Assembly (NCBI GenBank): GCA_030390025.1
Contig: CM059432.1
Span: 11,346,001-11,410,000 of the forward strand
Reading direction: 5' to 3'
Origin: Squalus acanthias
Lineage: Eukaryota
Length of the DNA: 64,000 bases
Each line of letters begins with the position of its first letter. Position 1 is the first letter of the stretch. The notes under the pieces are model-generated. The model worked only from the letters and a program-made list of their open reading frames with translations. It ran no database searches and was not told the DNA's origin. The position numbers and the translations under genes are program-made. Positions 23,876 to 37,549 of this stretch are shown here, piece after piece.

Positions 23876-26584
23876 TAATGCATCAGCTATTGAGTTTTAT
23901 CCATGTTCCTAAAAACAATTGGTAGCAATCTGATGTGGAATATTTAAAACTACAGAGAACTCTTTGATAAAGCAAGAGTCTTTAATACAGTATTGAACCG
24001 CAGAACGGCTATATACTCACTAAAGGATAGTGTGTTTAAGTAAATTCAGATACAATTTTGAAGTCTGTATGTATTCAGTGAGAAGCTAAATGTTTTTGAG
24101 TATGTCCTCATCTATCACCAGGACATTCTAAACTGAAGTGCTGAGCATTTTACAACCCAGGACACAGGCTTCCAGCTATTCGATATTGATTGGCTCATGT
24201 TATGCTTGACACCACTGTCTTTTTTGAGACGTTCAGTGACTCCATAAATCCCCAAAAGTTGGTAGTACTATCCATGCGTAATGCCTCTGGGTCCTCTTTT
24301 CGTTACATTTTGTTGAGGGGGAAATAAGACTCCCGTTTGAGAATGTGCCTATTATTACACATATTTGAAACGGATACTGAAATAACAACCCTGTATTTTA
24401 TACTGAAGGAATTTGTTTTATTTTAAGTACTGTTTCATTTGAATGAACATAGGTTGGTGCTTTTGGCACCCTTTGTAGTTTTGTTGGCTCTGCCAATTGC
24501 AAAGATTATTTGCTAAACAATCTCTAAGAACAGATCAAATATTTATATTTCAACTCATCATTAAGGTTTGATTGAAATGCCTTCTGGATGATGCACAAAT
24601 TGGGTTAGTAGCATTCTTTTTCAACTGATTTGAAAAGGTTTGGCATTTGGTGCTCCCCACATCCACCCCCCACCACCCCCCCCCCCACTACATTTTCTCC
24701 TATTGTCTCCTGAAAGGAATGATTTTTGCTGGGCTGAAACTCCATGGGCAATGGCTATTCTCCATGTGTGTGTTTAAATTGTGTTTTAAAACATAAAAAA
24801 TGAACCCAAAAGAAACTAAAACAATACTTTGTGACTATTATGTACTCAAACTGAGATTTTATTTCATTTGAGCAATAGTCTGGTGAGGTCAGTAAATGGC
24901 ATTTTTTCTTCTGAAATCCATTTCTGTCTCACTAGTAAAAGACATGGTGTATACAGGTTGATGCACATATAGATAGCACTTCATAGCACCCCATGACCAT
25001 TCTGGAGACAATTTGTGGGTTATTCCGTTTCATCATTTTAATTACATTTGATTGAATATTTCAGTGCAGTTGATAATAAAAGTGATGGTGCAAATGGGTT
25101 TATGCCAGCATCCTTCCAATCAAGGAGAACTCCTTGGGTATTGCCTGAATCCCCAATGAAATTTAAAAGGAGTAAAAAAGAAAAAATATAATGTGGTCAA
25201 CAGTGCGACAACTCCCCATAGTCTAGTGAAACTATGTTTTATGCAGAGCTGACAGATTTCAAGATTTCATGCCTGCATAGGCTATTAGGTTATGCTTATC
25301 CTTTCGTTGCACTGCCTGGTGAAATGCTATAGATAACGGGAAATAGCTTATCTTGGATGAGTTTGAGCCGACAAATATGCCAGCCACTCAGAAAGACTAA
25401 TACAAACATGGCCTTGTGGGTGGAATGAAAATGAGCCTTGGACTGCCTTGTCACATCGGCAGCAGTCACTAACACAATTAGATTTTCATAGCATCCAGAC
25501 AGCTTGAGTATCTAATAACTGACTGTCTAGCCAATACATCAGCCTTCTGGGGCTGCACAGCTTTGCTTTGTCATTGTGTAGCAGCCAAGCCTAAATAAAG
25601 CTCAAGAAAGCCTCCCACTGCTTATCCAGTTTCAGAGTAAATAGATGTCAATATTTCTGTGTACTGTAGCTCTTGGATAATTATTTGGATTGCAGTGAAA
25701 TGTCTAATGGAACGGCTTTTTCCCATGAGTTTGAGATTAAAATTAGATAGTTAATCACCAAAGATGAAGACTAACTCGTGAATGTTCAGATCGGTTTGGG
25801 CAACCAAAATGTTCTTTGTGTGAGATGAACAGCTTGATTTCATGGCATAATTAGATTGAGGACATTGCTAAGTTATGCTGTTCCTTAAATAGAATAATTG
25901 AAGGAATAGAATCATATTTTTCATCATGTGTTGTTTACAACGATTTTGCTTTTCAGTATAAAGATATCCAAGTATAATATTTATAATGTAGACAGAGCCC
26001 TAAATACTCTTAACGACTTGTGTAACTGAGAACGAGCATTTACAACTTGTCCTGTTTCATTCCTGAGCAAGCGTATACTGGAAAAGCAAAATTTTTAGAG
26101 TGCCTAATACTGTACATTATTTGCTTCTACTGTATTCCATTTGTTTGTCTAACTGGTAAGGGTTAAGGCTGTGTCCTCAATGTAATCTGTTGGGAAAAAT
26201 ATTTTTTTAAATTGCAAGTATTGTTTCATTAGTACAGTGGTGAACAGTTTTGAGGTTAGGTTTTTTGGTTCTCCACAATCATGTGCGAGCATTATGTTCA
26301 TTAGATAAGTCCAGATGAGGCAATCTTGGCTTAGCCATCCAAATTTTTTTGAAACGCTTACATTTTTCCTCATCTATTCATCTAACTGTATCTTGAATTA
26401 ATCTAAGGTTTTTATATACCTGGAAGACCATTCCAAGTGTTCACTTTTTGCGTGAAGAATTTCTTCACAATTTCTGCTCTAAATTATTGTTTCACTCATT
26501 GCAGCCTGTGTCCAGTGTCTTGCCTTGAAGCAGTACTGCAAATTTGCCTTATCTGTGCCATTTACTACATTTTTAATTTGTCCT

Positions 26585-26915
26585 CTGGATATGGGCCGCA
26601 TTTATTGCCAGTGAAAAGGCAGCAGTAGGTCACCTTCTTGAGCGATTATTTTTACAACTGAGTGGCTTGCTAGGCCACATCATAGAGCATCTAGAGTCAA
26701 CTATGAAGTGTGGAATTGGAGTTTCATGTAGGCCTGACTGGGTAGGGATTATAGGTTCTCTTCGGTGAAAGACATTAGTGAACCAATCCGGCAGCTTTCA
26801 TGGTCATGTTTCTGCTGTCAACCCACAAATCACCAGATTTACTGAATTTAATTTCACAACTTTCCATGTTTGAACTCACTTCCCCATGGTTTCTAGTTCA
26901 ATAGCATAACCACTC
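26585..26915 (-). mobile_element. Degraded SINE family B
   Basis: CAACTGAGTGGCTTGCTAGGCC and GACATTAGTGAACCA are reverse complements of motifs in 31136-31436/35890 and 60190-60530. Confidence 0.55.
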
Positions 26916-28179
26916 ATTACTACTTTATCTTGTGTACTTCTGTAAGCTCCCCTGTTAGTTGCCTGCTTTCTCCATTCTTTTAACATAACTTAATTCTTTG
27001 AACCTAGGATCGATTTCATGATACTTCTGTCTACCATCTCTAAGGTTTGAATGTATCCTTCTATGTCCTGGTGGCCAAAACTAAACGCAGGTATTTAAGG
27101 TGCAGTCTGACCAGCTAAATATGACATCTTTAGACTTATGGTCAACTGATCTATCAATTTAGTTTAGCATTCTGCTGGCAATCCCATCACTGCTGAAGTT
27201 TTGGACAAAGGCAATTTGAGGTTTTTGGAGGTGAGGGTAGCAGAAATCAAGTTGATAGCAACAAACAAACATTTTAACAGTAGTCTTTGTAATCATCTTG
27301 ACTAGTATGGAATACACCATCATTCAAGGTCTGTTGTAAAGTTTCTAAAAATCTAATTTTCTAATTATCAGCTGAAAGACCACCTACTATTGTAATTTTT
27401 TGTTTTATTTAAGTTAACTGAAAAGCGATGTACAGGGTATGTGCACAGGTTTGGGGCATTCCAAATATGCACACGTGTTTGACTGCAAATTCCAAATCGC
27501 TGTTGAGATTAATTCCGGGGAGCCCCTGAGATTTTTGAATGCAACGGTTCTTTCCATTTTGTTTTCTTCTGCAATAACAGTTTACGGCAGTGTGTATAAT
27601 CATTTAGAACAGAAATAACAGCTGAGCATGTCATTTTTAATTTATTAAAACATTTAGTTAATGTGCTGTGCTGTAGAGTAATTGGAATCCCCATATAGCA
27701 AGTCCCAATCTTGCCCAGGTCATTGGAAGAAAGCAAGGTGACAGGTGGTGTAATTTCTTTGCCACTCCCAAGCCTAGTTTCAGCAACTTTAATACTTTAT
27801 TAAGAGATACAAGATTTAGCCTCTGCCTTATGTTATGCATGTACATCAATCATAGTAAGCAAGCATGTGATATGTCTATATACTTACAAGCAGACCTAGG
27901 ACGCCCTGAGCTTGATCTCTGGTGTCTTTAGTCCAAGCTGCCTGCCAGTTAGGATGCCCTAATGTTTATATTCAATAGTAAATAAACATTTCACCTGACA
28001 GGCCTCTGCCTTCCTGACTGTTTTCAGTGCGAAACTACAGCTGTAGCTTGACCCCTTTATTATCTGTGCTTCACAAGGTCGTGTTCCTTGCTGCCTGGCA
28101 AATCTCAGCTCCTCCCTTTCAGTATTTCTCCACCAACCCTAAACTAGCTCCTACTCTGACCTCGGCTTCCTACACTGTT

Positions 28180-28265
28180 CCAGTGAAGCTCAACGGAAGC
28201 AGGAGGAACAGCACCTCATCTTTGCAACCTTCTGGACTCCACATTGAGTTCAACAATTTCAGACC
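28180..28265 (+). mobile_element. Fragment of a second, older Penelope-like family (C-terminus of the GIY-YIG region)
   Basis: Translates with a frameshift to ..QRKQEEQHLIF / LQPSGLHIEFNNFR, resembling typical PLE ORF ends. Confidence 0.5.
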
Positions 28266-29174
28266 GCAGCTGTTGCTAATGATTCTGTGCTGTGTGAGCA
28301 ACTGTCTGCTGGGAGATGTGATTGTCTTTTCTTTACTCTTTTATCGATTTTTCTACTCCTCCTGCCCCGGTCTCCTTCTGAAGCTAATGACTTTTTGCTG
28401 GGACATGGTTCCAAGTATGCCGCTTGCCCTATGGTACCTTGCCTAAGTGACAATTTTTCATGTCTGGACTTTGACAATATTGTTGGTGTCATTTCACCGT
28501 CATAGCTGAGCAGTTGCTGTCCTTACCTGATGTCCGCGCGTGCATGAATTTCCAATGGAGTAACTGGATAGTGATCAGGATGGGACTTTCTCTAGTGCAT
28601 GGAGTGTCCCTTCTGCTGACCTGGGTGAGATCAGCTATCCTGGCATAAACCAAGAATTGCACCTGGGATTTTCCTGGTGCTCAGCTACTCAGAGCCTTAT
28701 ACAGACCGAAATAAATGAATCAGATCATTGTAGAAAGATTATTTGCATGTACCTGGAATGCAAACTGCTTCTCAACTGTATAGATTAATTGGTGTTGATG
28801 ATGACTTCACTGCAGGTAAAATAGTATGTTCCTGTTGACACAAAAAAGAATGTAACTTGATTAATCCTGGTCAGGTTGCTACTTCACTTGATCCCTTCAT
28901 TTCTTGATCATTCTAGAGAATTTTACAGTATGTTAGCAACAGGGCTATTGTTAGAATCTTCTTAAATATATTTCACATATTGCAAGGGCTTAAGTTAAAT
29001 GAATCTAATGGTATTTTCTGATCATTCCCAATTTTTATTGTCTCAGAACTATACCCATAATTATTTGCAGCTTTGAATCTATGCTCATACCCAATCCCTT
29101 AGAAGAACTTGTGATTATCCATTTTTATTATTCCCTGCTTCAGTCCATAAAGTGCTGATCTTACAATTGATTAA

Positions 29175-29322
29175 TAGATAGATTTTTGTTAACCAAAGGT
29201 ATTAAGGGATATGGGGCAAAGGTGGGTATATGGAGTTAGGTCACAGATCAGCCACGATCTCACTGAATGGCAGACCAGGCTCAAGGGTCGAAATGGCCTA
29301 CTCCTGTTCCTATGTTTCTATA
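29175..29322 (+). mobile_element. CR1 3' tail fragment
   Basis: AAGGGATATGGGG..GATCAGCCACGATCT..GGCCTACTCCTGTTCCTATG. Confidence 0.7.
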
Positions 29323-30719
29323 TATAATGAAAATATTTGCAAATTGTTACCAGTGCTTAAAACAAGCAAACAATGTTACATTTATTACTAAAATGGTAAA
29401 GGTGTGCTTTGTGTAATGTCTGATTCCAGTGACTGGGAACCCAATGTACTGTGCCACAGAGCCATGCAGCACAGGTTTACGTCCAAAGTATTGAGCAAAG
29501 AACCAGTTTTTGGTACTTAAGCTGTCTGGATGCTATGAAGATCTAATTATGTTAGTGATAAGTTGGTGTCTATGTGATAAGTTTTGTGGCAGGCTCATTT
29601 TCATTCCATTCATGCAGTCCTGTTTGTATTGAGTTCCCAGTGTCAGCTGTATTACTGTGAAGAAATGCTGAGTTGGATACCAGGTGTTTTCCCACAGGGA
29701 GGGAAGGAATTTTGAAGGAAATGCCACCTTGAGATAGTCTTGTACACCTCCTAGCAGATGATTTGAGATCAGCATTGGCATAGGCCTAAGAGCTTGTAGT
29801 TTGTGAGCTAATGAAGTTGTGCAGCACAAGGACATCCAAGCAATGGAACTGAATGAATATAGATTAAAAAGAGGCAGTCTCATTCATTAAAAAAAAATTG
29901 TCAATTTATAGTGAAGGAGTCAAAAGGAATTATCGCCTCTCCAAAGCTTTTGATCTTCCTATTACTTTCCTCTTCTTTTCTTCTGTTACAAAAAATAATC
30001 ATTCCCTGCAATTGAGGCTCTTTTTTTGGATGTGGGGAAATATAATTAAATGATTAAAATAAATTAAGTAATCAACCTGACCAGACCAATACACATTGTA
30101 TGTGCCTTTCTGTCACCTTTTCTAGTGCTGTGTCTACCAGGGCCAAGAAGGTGGAAAGTGGTGGGCTCCTGATACTGAACTGAATGGCCATGGGACTGAG
30201 GTGGCTCTCGACTCATGACAGCTGGCTCCTAGTATGGAGCCACTGCTCGTTGCGTATCTGGAAGGAGAGTCTGGGCATCCTGGTCTCGCCTGCCAGATTC
30301 CATTGCCATGGTGCTCCAATGGGGCCCTGGCACGTGCTGTTGTCTTGAGAGATGGCATCATCAAGCACTTAGACAGTAATCGCTGCCTAGGATAGTTGAA
30401 GGGAATTATCAACCACATCACACTCCAAGAATGTGTGGTTTGCAGAGTTTATAATTATTCATCAGTAGGTTTCTCTGAGTTGAACTAGAAAGTGTCTCCT
30501 TCATCCTGAGAGGATTTCAGAATTTCTTCTTTTTTCAAAAGTTTTTGAAACAAACAGGAGATTGAATTCTCAACTTTATTTCAGGCCAGTATAACAACCA
30601 CTTTGTAAATATTATGAGCTGCATCGTTTTTACCTCAGTTAGACATCACTTGAATAATAGCACCTGTTGTTTCTTTTGTTATTTTAAAATGCAAAACAAA
30701 AATTGTTTATTAAGAATGG

Positions 30720-30945
30720 ATTTCTTTATCTCTTTGGAATTCTCTACCCCAAAGGGCTGTGGATGCTGAGGCATTGAATATATTCAAGGCTGAGATTGGT
30801 AGATTTTTGGACTCATGGGGAATTGAGGGATATGGGGATCGGGCGGGAAAGTGGAGTTGAGCTCGAAGATCAGCCATGATCTTATTGAATGGTGGAGCAG
30901 GCTCGAAGGGCCGTATGGCCTATTCCTGTTCCTAATTCTTATGTC
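30720..30945 (+). mobile_element. CR1 3' tail fragment
   Basis: GATCAGCCATGATCTTATTGAATGG..CCTATTCCTGTTCCTAATTCTTATG. Confidence 0.8.
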
Positions 30946-31435
30946 ATTGGCTCGATGGCTGGTGTGATTGCAACCACCACCTGCTAGCCTTGAACACTGA
31001 ATTAGCAATGGACAGGAAGGCATGATTAAATGTGCCTTCCACTATATCCCCTAATGCCACCACAGCTTCAGTCCATGCTTCCATGGTCGCTGGCTGCCTC
31101 TTAGCTGGGGGATCTACTGCAGACCTATACGGGAATGGTAGCATAGTAGTATGTTACATGGACTAGCAATCCAGAGGCCTGGACTAATGATCCAGAGACA
31201 AGAGATCAAATCCCACCATGGCAGCTGGGAATGTAAATTCAGTTAAATAAATCTGGAATAAAAAGCTAGTATCAGTAATGGTGACCATGTAACCACTGGA
31301 TTGTTGGGGAAAGAAAACATCTAGTTCACTAACTTAGGAAAGGAAATCTGCCGTCCTTACCCAGTCTGGCCTATATATGACTCCAGACCCACAGCAATGT
31401 GGTTGACTCTTAACTGTCCTATGAAATGGCCGAGC

Positions 31436-34400
31436 AACATAAGAAAATAAGAAATAGGAGCAGGAGTTGGCCATTTGGCCCCTCGAGCCTGCTCCGCCAT
31501 TTAATGAGATCATGGCTGATCTGATCTTGGGCTCAGCTCCATTTCCCTGCCCGCTCCCCATAACCCTTCACTCCCTTATTGTTCAAAAATCTGTCTATCT
31601 CCACCTTAAATATATTCAATGACCCAGCCTCCACAGCTCTCTGGGGCAGAGAATTCCACAGATTTACGACCCTCTTGAGAGAAGAAATTCCTCCTCATCT
31701 CAGTTTTAAATGGGCGACCCCTTATTCTGAAACTATGCCCCCGAGTTCTAGATTCCCCCATGAGGGGAAACATCTTCTCTGCATCTACCTTGTCAAGCCC
31801 CCTCAGTATCTTATATGTTTCAATAAGATCACCTCTCAATCTTCTAAACTCCAATGAGTATAGGCCCAACCTGCTCAACCTTCATCTCAGGAATCAAACT
31901 CGTGAACCTTCTCTGAACTGCCTCCAATGCAAGTATATCCCTCCTTAAATAAGGAGACCAAAATTGTACGCAGTACTCCAGGTGTGGTCTCACCAATACC
32001 CTGTACAGTTGTAGCAGGACTTCCCTGCTTTTATACTCCAACCCCATTGCAATAAAGGCCAACATTCCATTTGCCTTCCTGATTACTTGCTGTACCTGCA
32101 TGCTAACTTTTTGTGTTTCATGCACCAGGACCCCCAGGTCCCTCTGTACTGCAGCATTTTGTAATCTCTCTCCATTTAAATAATAATTTGCTTTTTTATC
32201 TTTCTTACCAAAGTGGATAACTTCACACTTTCCCACATTATACTCCATCTGCCACATGTTTGCCCACTCACTTAGCCTGTCTATATACCTTTGCAGATTC
32301 TTTGTGTCCTCTTCACAACTTGTTTTCCCACCTATCTTTGTGTCATCAGCAAATTTGGCTACATTACACTCGGTCCCTTCATCCAAGTCATTAATATAGA
32401 TTGTAAGCAGTTGAGGCCCCAGCACTGATCCCTGTGGCATCCCACTAGTTACCGTTTGCCAACTGGAAAATGACCCATTTATCCTGACTCTCTGTTAGTT
32501 AGCCAATCCTCTATCCAGTCTAATATATTACCCCCAACCCCGTGAGCTCTTATCTTGTGCAGTAACCTTTTATGTGGCACCTTATCGAATGCCTTCTGGA
32601 AATCCATTTACACCACATCCACTGGTGCCCCTTTATCCACCCTGCTTGTTACATCCTCAAAGAACTCCAGCAAATTTGTCAAACATGATTTCCCTTTCAT
32701 AAAACCATGCTGACTCTGCTTGACTGTATTATGATTTTCTAAATGTCCTGCTACTGCTTCCTTAATAATGGACTCCGGCATTTTCCCAATGACAGATGTT
32801 AGGCTAACTGGTCTATAGTTTCCTGCTTTCTGTCTCCCTCCCTTCTTGAATAGGAGCATTACATTTGCGGTTTTCCAATCCGATGGGACCTCTCCAGAAT
32901 CCAGGGAATTTTGGTAGATTGCAACCAATGCATCCACTATCTCTGCAGCCACTTCTTTTAAGACCCTAGGATGCAGGCCATCAGGTCCAGGTGACTTGTC
33001 CACCTTTAGTCCCATTATTTTACCGAGTACTTTTTCTTTAGTGATAGTGATTGTTTTAAGTTCCCCCTCCTTATAGCCCCTTGATTATATATTATTGGGA
33101 TGGTTTTAGTGTCTTCTACCGTGAAGACTGATACAAAATATTTGTTCAAAGTCTCTGCCATTTCCCTGTTCCCCATTATTAATTCCCCAGTCTCATCCTC
33201 CAAGGGACCAATGTTTACTTTAGCTACTCTCTTCCTTTTTATATACCTGTAGAAGCTCTTACTATCTGTTTTTATATTTCTTGCTGGTTTACTCTCATAA
33301 TCCATCTTCTCTCTCTTTATTTTTTTAGTTGTCCTTTGCTGGTTTTTAAAAATTTCCCAATCCTCTGGCCTCCCACTAATCTTGGCAACATTGTATGCCT
33401 TTGTTTTGAATTTGATACCATCCTTTACTTCCTTAGTTAGCCACGGATGGTTCTTCCTTCTTTCTTACCCTTTAATCTATTTTCCCCAGTCCACTTTAGC
33501 CAATTCTGCCTTCGTACCTTTGTAATTGCCTTTATTTAAGATCAGGACACTGGTTTGAAACCCAACTTTCTCACCCTCCAATTGAATTTGAAATTCAACC
33601 ATGCTATGATCACTCTTTCCTAGAGGATCCTTTACTATGAGACCATTTATTAATCCTGTCTCATTACACAGTACCAGATCTAAAATAGCCTGCTCCCTGG
33701 TTGGTTCCACAACGTATTCTAGGAAACCATCCCAGATACACTATGAACTCTTCCTCGAGGCTACCTTGGCCAATTTGATTTGTCCAATCAGTATGAAGAT
33801 TAAAATCGCTCATGATTATTGCTGTACCTTTCTTACAAGCCTCCATTATTTCTTGATTTATACTCTGTCCAACAGTGTAGCTACTGTTAGGGGGCCTATA
33901 GACTACACCCACCAGTGACTTCTTTCCCTTATTATTTCTTATCTCCACCCAAACTGATTCTACATCTTGCTCTTCTGAGCCAATATCATTTCTCACTACT
34001 GCACTGATCTCATCCTTTATTAACAGAGCTATCCCACCTCCTTTTCCTTTCTGTCTATCCTTCCGAAATGTCAAATACCCCTGAATATTCAGTTCCCAGC
34101 CTTGGTCACCTTGCAACCACGTCTCTGTAATGGCTATCAGATCATACCCATTTATATCTATTTGTGTCGTCAACTCATCTATTTTGTTACGAATGCTGCG
34201 TGCATTCAGATAAAGAGCTTTTAATTTTGTCTTTTTACTATTTTTCCGTGCTTTGACCCCACTTTATGATGCACTCTTATTTTTATACATTCTGTCCCTT
34301 CCTGTCACACTCTGGTTACCATTACCCCCATCGCTACCCTGCTCTATTGCCTTCTTCTTTCTCTTTGACTTTTTTAATTCCCGCTCACCTGAACCCTCCC

Positions 34401-35885
34401 CCCCCCCCACTATTTAGTTGAAAGCCCTCTCTACAGCCCTAGTTATTCGATTCGCCAGGACACTAGTCCCAGCATGGTTCAAGTGAAGCCCGTCCCAATG
34501 GAACAGCTCCCTCTTACCCCAGTACTGGTGCCAGTGCCCCATGAATCGAAACCCATTTCTCCCACACCAGTCTTTGAGCCACGCGTTCATCTCTCTGATC
34601 TTATTTACCCTATGCAAATTTGCTTGTGGCTCAGGTAGTAATCCAGAGATTATTACCTTTGTGGTTCTGCTTTTTAATTTAGCCCCTAGCTGCTCATACT
34701 CCCTCAGCAGAACCTCTTTCTCTGTTCTACCTATGTCATTGGTACCTACGTTGGACCACGACAACTGGATCTTTCCTCTCCAGCCCAGAGGAGATGTCCT
34801 TAACCCTGGCAGCGGGCAGGCAACACAGCCTTCAGGACTGACGCTCTCGACTGCAGAGAACAGTATCTATCCCCTAACTATACTGTCCCCTACCACTACT
34901 ACATTTCTTTTTACTCCCCCAACTTGAATGGCCCCCGGGGAGGATGGACCCAGTGATATCAGACAGTGTGTGACCCGGGGAGGATGGGCCCAGTGAGATC
35001 AGACAGTGTGTAACCCGGGGAAAATGGGCCCAGTGAGATCAGACAGTGGGTAACCCGGGGAGGATGGGCCCAGTTAGATCAGACAGGGTGTAACCCGGGG
35101 AGGATGGGCCCAGTGAGATCAGACAGTGTAACCCGGGGAGGATGGGCCCAGTGAGATCAGACAGTGTGTAACCCGGGGAGGATGGGCCGAGTGTGATCAG
35201 ACAGTGTGTAACCACGGTGCTGTGGTCAGTTTGCTCATCCTCCCTGCAGTTCCTGCTCTCGTCTACACAGGGAGTGAGAACCTCGTACCTGTTGGACAAG
35301 TGCAAGGGCTGAGGCTCCTCCAATGCTACTTTCTGGATCCTCATACCTGCCTCACTCGTAGTCACACCCTCCTGTCCCTGACAACGGACCAAATTTGAAT
35401 TATTTAACCTAAGGGGTGTGACTGCCTCCTGGAACACAGCGTTCAGGTAACTCTTCCCCCTCCCTGATGTATCGCAGTGTCCGAAGCTCGGACTCCAGCT
35501 CATTAACTCTGAGCCGAAGTTCCTCAGGCCGCCAACACTTACTGCAGATGTGGTCGCTGTGGATCACACTGGTGTCCACCTGCTCCCAAATGCAACAGCT
35601 GCAACACATCGCCTGCCCTGCCATCTCTATTATATTTTATTTAATTAATTAGGTTTTCAAGTTTTGAAATATCAATTATCTATGTTTAGTTTTTAATCCT
35701 GGCTCTTAATTTAAACCAATGCCCAAGTTTGGAAAAGAGAGAGAAATACTCACCAAACAATCACTTACCTGCTTTCCTGTGACGTCACACTTTGATTTCT
35801 CCCCCCCCCCCCCCCCCTTCAGGTCGGTATGTGCAGCTCCCGGTTAGTTCCTTTTATCCTCGCTGGTGTCGCTCCTCAGATCCTA
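31436..35885 (-). mobile_element. Second near-full-length degenerate CR1 LINE (different subfamily)
   Basis: ORF1 35624-34414 (CCSC..CSKC zinc finger, coiled coil, VGTNDIG, WDGLHLN esterase). ORF2 34173-31606 ([42 protein letters not shown]). Tail at 31436-31456. Confidence 0.95.
34934..35211. repeat. 40-bp minisatellite, 7 units, inside CR1 ORF1
   Basis: CCCGGGGAGGATGGGCCCAGTGAGATCAGACAGTGTGTAA starts at 34934, 34974, 35014, 35054, 35094 (38-bp unit), 35132 and 35172. Confidence 0.95.
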
Positions 35886-36499
35886 CCCTCACCACTCAGT
35901 TGTCAAGCTCACCACCACCTTCTCAAGGGCAATTAGGGATGGGCAATAAATGCTCGCCTTGCCAGTGACGCCCACATCCCGTGAATGAGTAAAAAAAAGA
36001 CCTGAATGCAGCTGCCACTTGCTGTATCGGTTCCTGCAGAGCAGACATTGCCTCCTTAATGTTGTCGCAAATCAGAGCTGTGGATCTGTGAGATAAGACA
36101 AGTCACGGGAGATCACCCAAGAGCACTCATGGGCCTCCTGTGTTGCTGATTGCTGATACATGCATCTTTTGAGGCGAGTACCCATGAAGTCTGTGTCCCA
36201 GAATTCTGAAGTCCTCTGCTGCCTTCTACAGAGAAGTGACCACACTCTCCTCCACTTGCCATTCTTCTGGGTTCATCCATGTTTTGTGTCTCACCCAGTA
36301 AGCATTCCTGACCCCAGCTCACTAGCTCCCTCTCCCCAGTGCCAGTCTCTGCTGGTGCCTGGAACAGTTGAACCGAGTGACACAGGTGTGAAGTCGTCGG
36401 GAGGGGTTTGTTCTTGAAGATAGCGTGCTCTCAGAGGGGGACAGAAGAATAGGGCCCTGATTTTGGAACCTAAGTCAAGCCTCCCTCCTCACTCTTAGT

Positions 36500-36898
36500 G
36501 ATCATTTTAAATTGATGATTCCTCTTCATTGACACCTCAACCAGAGGAAATAATGTTTCCCTATTTACTCGATCAAAACTTTTCATAATTTTAAGAATCT
36601 CATCCTAGCCTTCTCTGCTGCAGTTGAAATAGTCCCTCAAAGTCCCTGAAATAGTATCTCAAAGCTTTTCTCAGAACTATAATTTCTCATCCCTGGTATC
36701 ATCTTGGTGAATCTACACTGTGCACCCTCTATGGCTTTAATGTCCTTTCTATAAGGGGGCACCCAAAACTGCACACAGTACTGTAACTGTGGCATAACCA
36801 ATGTTTTATGTAAATCTATCATTACTTCTTTACTCTTGTGCTCTATACCCCAATTTATAAAACCCAAAATGCTGTTCATTTTTTTTATATGGCTTTAT
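36500..36898 (-). mobile_element. Degraded CR1 3' fragment
   Basis: ORF 36637-36879 LGFINWGIEHKSKEV..LQYCVQFW. Confidence 0.75.
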
Positions 36899-36899
36899 C

Positions 36900-37075
36900 G
36901 CTGTACATGGCCTTCTTTGATCTCACAAAGGCCTTCGACATCGTCAACCATGAGGGATTATGGAGTGTCCTCCTCAAATTCGGCTGCCCTCAAAAGTTTG
37001 TCACCATCCTCCGCCTGCTTCACGACGACATGCAAGCTGTGATCCTGACCAACGGTTCCACCACAGACCCAATTC
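36900..37075 (+). mobile_element. RTE (BovB-like) LINE internal RT fragment
   Basis: LYMAFFDLTKAFDIVNHEGLWSVLLKFGCPQKFVTILRLLHDDM is characteristic of RTE-clade RT. Confidence 0.75.
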
Positions 37076-37232
37076 ATGATTTTTGGATACTAAGCAAATC
37101 GAGGGTTATGAGGATAGTGCGCAAAAGTGGAGTAGAGGTCGATGATCAGCCATGATCTTATTGAATGGCGGAGCAGGTTCAAACAGCTGAATGGCCTACT
37201 CCTGCTCCTATTTCTTACGTTCTTATGTTCTT
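37076..37232 (+). mobile_element. CR1 3' tail fragment
   Basis: GATCAGCCATGATCTTATTGAATGGCGGAGCAGG..CTCCTATTTCTTACGTTCTTATGTTCTT. Confidence 0.8.
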
Positions 37233-37274
37233 GTATATGTGTATATATAAACCAAATCTAAATTGGTGAGTCAT

Positions 37275-37460
37275 TGTTTTTTTCATTCGTTCTTCGGATG
37301 TGAGCATCACTGGCATTGTCAGCATTTATTGCCCATTCCTAGTTGCCCTTGAAAAGGTGGAGGTGGACCTTCTTGAACTGCTGCAGTCAGTGTGGTGACG
37401 GTGCTCCCACAATGTTAATCGATCGGGAGTTCCAGGATTTTGACCCAGCACCGATGAAGG
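37275..37460 (-). mobile_element. LINE family B 3' tail
   Basis: CAGCATTTATTGCCCATTCCTAGTTGCCCTTGA..GGGAGTTCCAGGATTTTGACCCAGC. Confidence 0.75.
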
Positions 37461-37549
37461 GTAGCTTCAGAAGGGGCTTGGTGTAAATCTGAGATACTGA
37501 GAACAGTCAAAGTGGGCACTGATTTACAGTGTGGTCCATTGTTTACAAT

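Larger units (their letters stand above)
31136..35998 (+). mobile_element. SINE family B (tRNA-like head, LINE-B tail) split by the CR1 insertion; parts 31136-31436 and ~35890-35998
   Basis: The body ends ..GAAATGGCCGAGCAA and resumes CCACTCAGTTGT..CACCACCACCTTCTCAAGGGCAATTAGGGATGGGCAATAAATG. The two parts are contiguous in the copy at 60190-60530. Confidence 0.7.

Noticed and set aside
34934..35211. Regular 40-bp repeats resembling a CRISPR array
   Set aside because: Units are head-to-tail with no unique spacers, there are no cas genes, and the context is eukaryotic.
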